Assembly: GCF_006345805.1 (NCBI RefSeq)
Contig: NC_043012.1
Coordinates: forward strand, 51,832,001 to 51,896,000
Source: Octopus sinensis
Lineage: Eukaryota
Direction of reading: 5' to 3'
DNA length: 64,000 nt
Shown: positions 53,191-64,000 of the stretch, one piece after another
Position numbering within the stretch: the stretch's first letter is position 1
Layout of the letters: each line of letters starts with the position of its first letter
Position numbers and translations under genes: made by a program
Notes under the pieces: generated by a model
Told to the model about the DNA's origin: nothing
Database searches by the model: none
Seen by the model: the letters and a program-made list of their open reading frames with translations, nothing else

Positions 53191-54068
53191 TATTTAGCAG
53201 AAGCAAGAAAGTGACTCCATGACACACAGTTACTTCTGCTTAATATGAAAAATATTAAGGAAAAATATATTTATACTCATAGTTTTAGTTCTGCTCTTTT
53301 TCTTTGCATATATACATGATATATTATTCCGTGATAAAGAATTGGACAAAAAGTACTCCATTTGTTGAGAGACTACTATTATTTATTTAAAGGCTATGAT
53401 ACATGTTTCAATAACTACTTATACTCTCCTATTTTGAGAAATACTCATATTCTTCAGGCACCCACCAGAAATCGTATCGAACAAAAACAAATTAATAATA
53501 GAAATGCGAATAAAGTGAGAAGGCAGCGTATACAAAACGCAGAAAGTAAAATTCGGAAAACGAAAAACCGAAAACTCAGAAACTAAAACGTAGAAAATAA
53601 AATTTAAAATGTAAAAGAGCTATATACCCTTAGACCTTAAAAGATAAGACTGCAAAGATATCAAGTTAGTCAGGAATAGGCAGAATATTTCACTTCTTGA
53701 AAAATATATTTAAACTCATACACACGCAAACACATACACACACAAATAAACACACACACACAAATAAACGAACACACACGCACACATACTCACACGTACA
53801 TACATATAACGTTGCCATGATGCAAAAGTGTTGTAAGTCCAAAACGTTGCTTTTTCAGAAAACGAAAAACTAGTTTTACCATTCCATAACAAAATCATTG
53901 CACTGCAATCTGACAATTTTTGTTATCTTGGCATCTAAAGTAGTTGGTGATACGATAGTTTGACCAAAACAGCCAGGTATCGGAAGCAAAAGTAAATATT
54001 ATAATAATTGCATAAGTCTAAAATTGGACAGCCGACAGTTTAATATAATGGCAACGATATGTATATAT

Positions 54069-54481
54069 ACTCTTTTACTCTTTTACTTGTTTCAGTAATT
54101 TGACTGAGGCCATGCTAGAGCACCACCTTTAGTCGATCAAATCGACCCCAGAACTTATTCTTTGTAACCCTAGTACTTATTCTATCGGTCTCTTTTGCCG
54201 AACCCCTTAGTTACGGTGAGGTAAGCACACCAGCATCGGTTGTCAAGCGATGTTGGGGGGACAAACACAGACACACAAACACACTCACACACACACACAT
54301 ACACAAATATACATATATACAGCGGACTTCTTTCAGTTTCCGTCTACCAAATCCACTCACAAGGCTTTGGTCGGCCCGAGGCTATAGTAGAAAACACTTG
54401 CCCAAGGTACCACGCAGTGGGACTGAGCCCGAAACCACGTGGCTGGTAAGCATGCTACTTACCGCACAGCCACTCCTACGC
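54069..54481 (-). mobile_element. Full-length SINE family B
   Basis: Reverse complement is colinear with 7329-7745. Confidence 0.92.
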
Positions 54482-54703
54482 CGAGCTGGCAGAAACGTTA
54501 GCACGCCGGACGAAATGCGTAGCCGTATTTCGTCTGTCGTTATGCTCCGACTTCAAATTCCGCCGAGGTCGACTTTGCCTTTCATCCTTTCGGGGTCGAT
54601 AAATTAAATACCAGTTACGCACTGGGGTCGATGTAATCTACTTAATCCCTTTGTTCTTGTTTGTCCCCTCTGTGTTTAGCCTCTTGTGGGTAGTAAAGAA
54701 ATA
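54479..54703 (+). mobile_element. SINE family A joined head-to-head with the preceding SINE B
   Basis: ..CTCCTACG|CCGAGCTGGCAGAAACGTTAGCACGCCGG.. through GGGTAGTAAAGAAATA. Confidence 0.9.
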
Positions 54704-55081
54704 TATATAACTTTCTATGTATATATACATGTCTATACACACACACACACTAACACACTTGCAGAGTAGAAAGACGAGGATAATAGTGATGATAAAGCAA
54801 ATACGAGTGGGGTTATCAATTGACACAGGCGGTTCAAATTGCACATATTGGTAGAGATTCATTTTCTCCATCACAAATTAAGGTGTGCAGTGTTGTACTT
54901 GCTTCGTCTCAGGTAATCTCACAGCATCTATGTCATCAAATCATCGTCTTCGAAAATTGTTCTCCGTTGGACCCAACACATTGAACCCTGAAGGTGTTAG
55001 AACTGGTGTGTAATATAGATAGTAGCAAATAATATAAAGTAGATGGTGAACAACTTATCAACCTATTGCACCGACTAACTA

Positions 55082-55395
55082 GTGGAGGCACATGGTCTAG
55101 TGGTTAGCGCAGCGGACTCGCAGTCGAGGGATCGCGGGTTCGAATCTCAGACCGGGTGATGTGTGTGTTTATGAGCGAAACACCTAAGCACCACGCGGCT
55201 TCGGCAGAAGGTAATGGCAAATCTTCTGCTGACTCTTTCGGAACAACTTTCTCTCACTCTTTCTTCCTGCATCTTGCAGCTCACGTGCGATGGATCGGCG
55301 TCCCATCCAGGTGGTGAACCTATACGCCAAGAAACCGGGAAACTGGCCCTTATGAGCCAGGCATGGCTCGAGAAGGAACAGACAAAAACAACAAC
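55082..55395 (+). mobile_element. Full-length SINE family C
   Basis: A box TGGTCTAGTGG, B box GGTTCGAATCTC, and a body colinear with 35837-36138. Confidence 0.9.
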
Positions 55396-55559
55396 TGACT
55401 AACTGATATACTGCCTAATATGTATGTGTCGACGCATTTTCATGGTGCATGTTTGTCGTCTTCAGTTTCTAGCTTTGTTTCTTTCTTTTAATTACTTCTC
55501 TAAGCTTTTGAGTTTTAATAGTGTAATGTTCCCTTATTAGGCCATGTGAAAGAGATTTG

Positions 55560-56070
55560 ATACTATTCAGAAGACTGAGCCTTCGTTTCCAGATCATAAA
55601 ACGTACTCCCACGTTTCATTCCTTCACTTATAATCTTCTCGACTCATACCGACCCATAATGACTGGTTTCCCGATGTCTATGGCGCATAAATTCTCGACC
55701 CGGACAGGAATCCAGGATGGTAAATCAAAACGTGTTTTATTGGCTTCCTACGCTTCCTAAATATCAGAGTATACTTCCAAACATTCCTCTTTTGAACTGG
55801 GTGCAAATTCCTGGACTATGTTCTCAAGTACATTGTAACGTGAGTCTAGTTGTTCAACTTGCTCACTGACTAGTATTCTTCTGTGCACGTGATCAAATTC
55901 ATCTGCGCACTGGCAATGCGTACTAGTGACGTCACTTGGTGTTCACCTTCTGTGGGGTTTATATTCAGTTCTGGTTGCCTCTTTAAATTTTTTCACCTCA
56001 CTGTCCACATTAATCTAGCCAGTGACTACATCTCTGCCGACGACACAGATTTTATTTGTCATAAAAATCC
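55560..56070 (+). pseudogene. Possible highly decayed CR1/L2-like RT fragment
   Basis: SADDT (~56033-56047) resembles the YADD motif, with a weak GV..SVL-like segment upstream. Confidence 0.35.
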
Positions 56071-57669
56071 CCTCCTTCCTGTTTTTTATTCTATGTCAAG
56101 CCACACAAATACCTAAGTATGAACACTCTAGCAGGATTTTTCAACCGTCTGTTTGATATCATTATTACGATATGAGAATAAGCTTGTTGTTCTTTTATGC
56201 TTACTTTCTCTTCAGCCCACATTTCATATTCAATTCAATGTAACCATCTATTATGAATTTAGCGGTTTAATAATACGTTGTATTTTTGGAGAGGAATCAG
56301 AAACACAAGCATATTTTTATTGTGGAATATAAGTGATAAAGTAAAATATTATGTGGGTAGATGGCTAAAATGAAAACGTTTTTGATAAGTAGATGAAATA
56401 TTTTCGTATTTTTCCTATGTGAGCTTGAATTGTGTAGAGAATGTATGGCACGTGGCCCCAGACTTAGTTGCATGTCTGTATCGATCTGCAGAGAGATCCA
56501 TGAGTATTATATATTTTTTATACCGGTAGAAAATAGAATCAAATAGGCGTAATTGATTTTGAGGTGTTGGTATTACGTATCTCATTTCACTGCAAGCAAT
56601 TCAGAAGTTATTTTTCTGATTGACTTAACGGGAACAGGGTACCGCCTCCATTTTTTTTGTGCAAATTATATCTGTTAAAGAGAATACATTTAGCGACATC
56701 AGCTAATAATGTAATAGCTATGTAGATGCTCAAACTGCTAGAAGTAGCAGCCAAATAGCCTTCAGTTAGAACCTAATCATCTTTAAGCGGAAAGGAATTT
56801 GTCTGATATAGGTCATGATATACTATATCTAGAATGATATAAATCGAAAAATTAAGGCAAGTTGAACATAATACAGATCAGTAAAACAGCATAATTCGAT
56901 ATATTCACTCGTTGTGACACTCGATGGAATTTTCTGAAGAATAACATTAATGTTTAGCATGAGTTTCCGGCAATAATATTAGCTGAAGTGGGAAATGGCA
57001 GATATACTGAATTTTAGTACTTCATTGCTATTTACATTATCGGAACTTCATTGATCAAGATTCAGACTATGTTTGCAAGACATTTAATGCAATAGGAAAC
57101 TAATAACCAATGTTTTGTGTGCTCGGCTTTCAGTTTATGTTATCAACTTTCTGCAAGTAGGGACTTTCAAATAATCTGTTACAGAAACTTTTTTACTCAC
57201 TGTAAAACTTTTATTTTAGCATATTCGCGATCAGGTTTCGCTTCTTACTTCGTTTAGAATGCTTTCATATAAAATCTAAATATCTGCTTCCAATTAGCAT
57301 GACGTTGTTACTTTTAAAATAAGTAAGAGTTTGATGAAACGTTTACGTCTCATCCCTATAAATTAGTGAGAAACGATTACACCAAAATATTTCCGCTTTC
57401 ACCTTAACACAAGCTTCACATTACTGTATACTACTGATTTCTACTGATTTCCAGTTATTAAAATGTTATACTTAGGAGAAATGCATATCCAAATATATTC
57501 TATTCTTAGGCCAAGAAACATAGTTCTACTATCTTACCACTTGATCCACTGTTGGATGATAACATATTTTTTTTTATTACCCACAAGGGGACAACAAGGA
57601 AACAACAGCAAGGGGACAACATGTTAGATGATGACAGTATTCACAACCATGATGCCAGAGAAATGGCAG

Positions 57670-58130
57670 CAATGAACGGAACATATTTTGCGATCGGTGG
57701 AGTCCAGTCAAGCACAGCAAAAGTCACAAACGGTGTTCCCCAGGGGACTGTTTTGGGCCCGTTTCTATTTATAATCCCTATAAACTATATTTCAAGAGTC
57801 ATCAAGTTGAGCATTATAAAGGTACCATTCGCAGGCGAAGATGATAAATGGAGATCACCGAACTGAGCTCCAGTCTGATCTGAATGTTGTAAACCAAAGT
57901 GCGAACAATAATACATCCCAAACTACCAGACACTTGGGAGTAACTGTATACATCAATCACGGCCGGAGTGCTCTCATCAACAATAAAGCTGTTATGGATC
58001 GAAGGCCCCCAGAATTTCCCGGTCCAGAGAACAATATGTCATATGCTCCATTTTCTCCCCATATAGGGCCATACCTACAGTACTGCTGCCCGTTGTCTCT
58101 CCCTACACAAAACAGATCATTACGAGAATG
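57670..58130 (+). pseudogene. CR1-like LINE reverse transcriptase fragment
   Basis: SSTAKVTNGVPQGTVLGPFLFII.IN, ELQSDL, HLGV and PYLQYC match the RT motifs GVPQGSVLGP, LQ.DL, LGV and P.LEYC. The FADD motif is decayed and the frame is shifted. Confidence 0.85.
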
Positions 58131-58159
58131 CAGTCACTAATCGTTTACTTTTCTTTTAT

Positions 58160-58355
58160 TCTGTAACTTGCTTCAGTCATTTGACTGCGGCCATGCAGGA
58201 GCACCACATTTAATCGAGCACATCGACCCGAGGACTTATTTTTTTTATAAGCCTAGTACTTACTCAATCGGTCTCTTTTGCCGAAGCGCTAAGTTACGGG
58301 GGACGTAAACACGCCAGCATCGGTTGTAAAACGATGTTGGTGGGGACAAACACAG
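58160..58355 (-). mobile_element. SINE family B 3' half
   Basis: ACTTGCTTCAGTCATTTGACTGCGGCCATG..GGGGACAAACACAGACAC. Confidence 0.88.
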
Positions 58356-58398
58356 ACACAAAACACACACACACACACACACACATACATATACATAT

Positions 58399-58636
58399 AT
58401 CGCCATGTTGATTCGTTAGCTAGAGATCGCCATGTTGATTCGTTAGCTACTGCACGCATTTTTTTTCTCTCCTTCTTTCTGTGTTTTTCTCTCTCTGTGT
58501 ATCTTTCTGTTGAAGAGCGTAGGCTCGAAACGTTAAAGACTTCTTTTATTTATATTTCCTGAGCGCCATACTAATACAATTGTTCGTTTGTTTTCCACCT
58601 GCCTTCGTCTTTTGTTTATTTTCATAAAGCTTCCCG

Positions 58637-58637
<1 letters not shown>
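58399..58637 (+). mobile_element. Penelope-like retroelement terminal fragment
   Basis: Begins with a 24-bp tandem duplication (58399-58422 and 58426-58449), then a pyrimidine tract, a hammerhead-like motif, CCTGAGCGCCATACTAATACA and a T-rich tail into (TA)n. Confidence 0.65.
58502..58539 (+). ncRNA. Minimal type-I hammerhead ribozyme-like motif (A6U core variant)
   Basis: Stem I TCTTT/AAAGA; core CTGTTGA+A; stem II GAGC-GTAG-GCTC; GAAA; palindromic ACGT stem III; GUU site. Confidence 0.6.
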
Positions 58638-58735
<98 letters not shown>

Positions 58736-58745
58736 CATATATACA
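58638..58745. repeat. (TA)n microsatellite
   Basis: Directly visible. Confidence 0.95.
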
Positions 58746-58948
58746 TGCATAATACTAATATAGGATGAAGTTTTTTCCATGAAAAAATTTCATCAAAAAT
58801 GTGGCAGCATATTAAAATACCTTTAAAGGTTAAGATTATAAACAATTATAAACAAGGGCAAGATTTTATTTTACCCTTGTTTATAAGTTGTATATATATG
58901 CGTATATGGATCGAGATTACAAGATCATATGTGAAATACAAGTTATTC

Positions 58949-59006
<58 letters not shown>

Positions 59007-59519
59007 ACTTGTATGTGCGGAGGAAGGGATGGCTTGAATAATAACCGAGTTTTAATTGTTGTAGATCAATCATCTTGAACCGTAATAAAAAGAAAGTAGA
59101 TTCTTTTACGAATCAACACCCAAGTTTGCTTTTTATTTGTATTCAGGATCTACAAGAATGAAATGGAAATTGCGACCCGTGAATATCCGGGCTCAAAAGT
59201 TGGCACTCTACATTACGCATTCATTTCACTTAGATAAATTGTTTCTAACGTAGTGAAACCGTAAACGAATGTTATCGTATAAGTAACAGGATTTTATATG
59301 CGCTAATCCCACTTGATCACTAGTTGAAGAAACTAAACTTGCATCATTCAACAAATACATGGAAGAGTGTGGAGTGGGAAGGGGTACACATCACTGCTTT
59401 TTCTCTATGCAAAAATGTGAGATAATATTGAACCGAAGTCACCAATAGTTTCAATGTTGTAAATTATTGATAGCGATAAATCGCATTTCTCAATTTATCT
59501 TTTAGCTCAACGATCATCA

Positions 59520-60800
59520 TTTTTTTTCTCTTTTTGGAATTTTCTTTCTCTATTTTGTAAATATATCTTTTTTTAATTCTTTATTTCACTGTTTACCCTA
59601 ATAGATTTTTTTGCTGCTTTGTATTTTTTTTCACCAATTTCTCACACCATTACTTCTTTTACCACAACTCTGTTTCTAATTAATTATAATTCACTCTCGG
59701 TTTTCTCTCTTTTACGAAACTGCTGTAAGTTCCTACACTTTCTCGCTGTTTCTTCTCACTGTTTTTAATATTTTTTCTGAAAAATCTCAGTTCACCTCAC
59801 ACTTAATTTCTATCGTTCATTACTTTATATTTTACTAGATTTTTTTTTTCTATTTCCCTTTTTTCTCTCCTAAAACTGTTAATTCTCATCGACCTTCCAC
59901 TGAGCTGCTTCCAATATTCACACACTCTTTGATTTTCCTTCTCTCACCATATTCTTTATAAGTTTCGCTAAAAGTCTTTCGAATTTTACTTCCTTATTCC
60001 ATAGTGTTTTTTTTTATTTGCATTGATTTATGTAACTAAATATATACTGTTTTTTAAATATAACTTTAGTACTTATTTTAATATGTTTTTAATTCTACTG
60101 TTAACTTTTTGCATATTTCACTTCTCTGATATTCCGAAGCATTTTTTCTTCACCACCACACTTACATATTAATCCACCTAAATACTCATACACACATAAA
60201 CACTTGACGTGTGTACACTTACATACACAACCTTTAGGCTGTAATTGATAAAAAAAAAATTAGGAAAGTATTAAAGAACATGTATATACAAATACACCAA
60301 TACAAATATATATACCGGAATCGTAACAGGTGAATATGTGGTCTATGTTTCATCTTTATTACACTACATACCTCATTCTGTAGGTTCTTTCGAGAATTTT
60401 ATCCCGTATTCGTTGCATGTACCTTACACTATATCCTTAAGTTTTCATCTAAACATACTTTCTTATAACATATTTTCTTTTTACAATAACACTCCACCTT
60501 TTTCTAATCTATATCATTTACCACACTCAAAAACTTGATTTATCACTACCTATCTTTTTCTTTTCCTTTCCCTTTTTTAATAAATGGCACATTCATTTCG
60601 CCTATTTATCTATTCCAATATTTATTTATATATCATTTTCCCATTCCACATGGTCATTCTTTACACGCTTTCTGACACATTCCAAACCTAGTCTATTTAA
60701 AAATTGTCTTAATCTTATCATTCCCTCCTTTCTATTTTTTTATAATAAACAACCTGCCATTTATTTTCTCCATCATCTTAACACTTCCTCTCAAATAAAC
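59520..60800. repeat. Long T/C-skewed low-complexity region
   Basis: Sustained pyrimidine bias on the + strand without clear periodicity. Confidence 0.6.
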
Positions 60801-61119
60801 TATATTTTGATTTGCCATGTTTATTGGTGTTTATTTTTGAAGAATAACAAAAATGAATATAGACATCTATCTATCTTTGTATGCGTATGCGTGCGTGTGT
60901 GTGTATGTATGTACTTATTTATTTATTTATCTATTTATTTAACTTCATGCATTACTCTTATTATGCTGTTTGCTGCAACAACCCCTATAAATCTTTGTAT
61001 TCTAGTTCGAGATCTTAATGTAAACCAACCTTATAATTATATGTTCCTCAATATTTTTTCGCATTATATATATGCTTTTTTCTGAGGCAAATATGTACGT
61101 GAGAGAGTATTTGTATATA

Positions 61120-61213
61120 ACACACACACACACACGCACATACACACATATATATATATACGTAAATGTCAAACAATGATATATATGTGTATGTATGTAT
61201 ATATATATATATC

Positions 61214-61258
<45 letters not shown>

Positions 61259-61620
61259 ATGCGTGTGTGTTTGTAGGTCTAATTTGGCAATTATTTATGC
61301 AAAAATCATTGACGTATATACTAAATGGAGTGTCACTCGCATATGTGTACTTACATACATACATATATGTATATATGTGTGTGTGTGTGTGGTTGTGTGT
61401 GTGAGTGTATACCTAATGTATCTGTCTGTGAGCGACAATATGTTTGTGAGTGAATGGACGTAGGTACGGGTGTGCTACGAGTATTACTTTGCATGCACTC
61501 ATAGGTGCATACACAGGCACACACAAATATCTATGACCACAAGATTATGCATGTGTGTATGTATATACATATATATATATATGTATATTTATATATATAT
61601 ATATACATACCAATATACTT
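61120..61620. repeat. (CA)n/(TA)n/(TG)n microsatellite field
   Basis: Directly visible. Confidence 0.9.
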
Positions 61621-62809
61621 ATAATTCTTGGTAAGTATGTATGTTATGCATTCCTGCATACATGTCCATAGATATTTTATAAATATTGCAAATTACTGAT
61701 TGAATATTGAAAAGAACCTATAAAAGGAAAAGAAATTCATGCAATATTTTACACTAGCGATATCTATCAATAATTATCAATATATCATGCATTAATGCAT
61801 TTCAGAATAGGCTAAGCGATATTTTGATGACTGTCTACATAAATCTTGTACTTTCAATCTTAAACCGAAACCATTTCGGAGACTAGTTTAGAAGAGCTGT
61901 TATAGCGATGATAGTATGTGTTGTTCCTCTTAAAAGCAAATGTAAGTGAAAGACATACGAAAAAAAAACGTATTTTAGCATGGAACAGTGAATTTATCTG
62001 TGGATTTACTATTTACAATTTGACACAGAATAACGAAAGCCTTAATAGTGTGCATTTGAATGCAGTAAGTTACAGACTTTGTGGTAGATAACTCTCTTAG
62101 GAAACTAGTATGGAGAATGGAGATCAGAATCCTTGATGATTGTGTGAGGAGATTGTTATTAATTTGTCTACTGAATAAAGCTGCTAAGTTTTTGCAAGCA
62201 GATTAAAAATCTACTGTAATATCCTTCCTGTTTAATATTTTCAAATAAACATTTTACTGCGAGCTAATAAGGCATAAATTTAGGGAATACTTTTCTACGT
62301 TAAATTAACAATAACACTTAAGAAAATTCATGTCAAACTTTTCTGAAGTTTTCAATAACTTTTGTTTTGAGATATATATTCCAGAATTAATTACGTATTC
62401 TCTAAGAAGATTCACGGTCTGTATTTTCTGAAAGCATTCAGGATGCTAAAGCTTAATTATGACATGAACTTACAAATATTATCGCAACCTGAAAAAAGAA
62501 AATAATAATAAAGAAATGTGCCAAAAGATAGTAAAGTCCACGTTCTGGAATAAACACGATGAATTATCAGAAACCTTATTTATGTGAAAAGCAGCTTTCA
62601 TTTTCTTTTACTGAAATTTATTCCCATCAGAAATCAAGTGAGCATCAACCGATAACCTTAGTAAATCACAGTACGTCTAGATTAATATGAATATGCATTA
62701 AAATACCACTGTATACAAAAAGAAAATCTTTGTCACTCTCAAAAATGCTATCTTTAGGACAGCATGTTACAGCTGTTTTATTTTAAAATGCACAGTTATA
62801 TGTTTATAT

Positions 62810-63128
62810 GTGAGTGTGTGTGTGTGTGTGTGTGTATCTACGTATGTAGGTAGGCAGGTAGGTAGATAAGTATATATATGTATACTTAGCTACCTACCTA
62901 CCTGCCTACCTACCTACCTACCTACTTACCTACCTACCTACATACATACATACATACATACATACATACATACATAGATACATACATACATACATACACA
63001 CACTCACATTTTATATATATATGCATATATATATATATATATATGCATATATATATATATATATATATATGCATATATATATATAATATATATATATATA
63101 TAATTAAATATATATATATTAATTAAAT

Positions 63129-63165
<37 letters not shown>

Positions 63166-63250
63166 TAAATATAATATATATGGACATATGTGTGTGTGAG
63201 TGTACGTGTGTGTGTGCGTGTGTGTGTAAATACTTACATACATACATACA
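62810..63250. repeat. (TG)n/(CCTA)n/(CATA)n/(TA)n microsatellite field
   Basis: Directly visible. Confidence 0.95.
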
Positions 63251-64000
63251 TATGAAGTGGTAAATGTCTAAGAATTAAGTGTTGTACAATTTTGCGGATG
63301 TTAATTAAGTATAAATACCAAACAACTGCATTGAAGTATATATTGCTCTGTATATATAAGCCGTGCAAAACAAAATGCTATGGATAATGTTGAGAGTGAG
63401 AGAGATACAAAGAGAAAGAGAGAGCGATAAAGAGAGAATATAGACAGAGATATATCGAATAAAAAAATAACAGACAAATAGAGATGGTTTGAGAGCAAGA
63501 GAAGCATATAAAAAGAATTAGCATGGAGATATGGAAACGGTTTGTTGAAGTTAGAGAAGTGCGGACCAGAACTTCAGACAGGAAAAAAAAATTCAAGACA
63601 AGAAGAGAACAAATTAAATATAACTTGATAAATATCTTTAAAAATTACATGGAGTTATTTTTGTTTTATATTATTTTTGTTTTTGTTCTGTAAATATGCT
63701 TTTTTTTCATATGTCTATACTTCAAATTTTAACTTTATTTACGGACACTTTATCAGAATGAGATAACTGTATTGTGGGTTTTATAGCAATAAAACACATA
63801 TTTTTCACTTCCTAAGCTGAGATTAAAAAATAACAGCACAGACAAAAAAAAACTGAAAATGGATATTGATTAATAAATCATAAAGCTAAAATGTATTCCT
63901 ATATATTCACACGTGCGTATAAAGATATACAGACACACACGCAAATATACATAAACACATCTGTATATACATGTATGTGTGTATATATGCATCTATGTAT

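Noticed and set aside
55082-55160. tRNA-like sequence with A and B boxes
   Set aside because: No acceptor stem, and it continues into the SINE C body, so it is a SINE head rather than a tRNA gene.

Overview
AT-rich, microsatellite-dense eukaryotic DNA. Its SINE families and (TA)n/(CA)n/(GATA)n tracts resemble those I recall from coleoid cephalopod (Octopus-like) genomes; this is an inference, not a database match. I could not recognise any intact protein-coding gene, rRNA, true tRNA or CRISPR array, and most ORFs in the supplied track are microsatellite read-through or decayed transposons. The window looks intergenic or intronic. It holds about 20 copies or fragments of three tRNA-derived SINE families, decayed RTE-clade LINEs (one about 3 kb), CR1-like RT fragments, the 3' end of an R4/Dong-type element ending in (TAA)13, mariner transposase relics, a Tc1-type MITE with intact TIRs and TA duplication, a hAT-like MITE, and several Penelope-like (PLE) terminal fragments next to (TA)n tracts. 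The most interesting signals are minimal type-I hammerhead-ribozyme-like folds with variant cores (58502-58539, 5590-5624), a 113-nt near-perfect hairpin built from hammerhead-like halves (23452-23564), a nested inverted repeat structure (41915-42498), and a SINE carrying a tail like an RTE 3' end in the same window. A few isolated exon-like segments with strong splice signals cannot be assigned to a gene.
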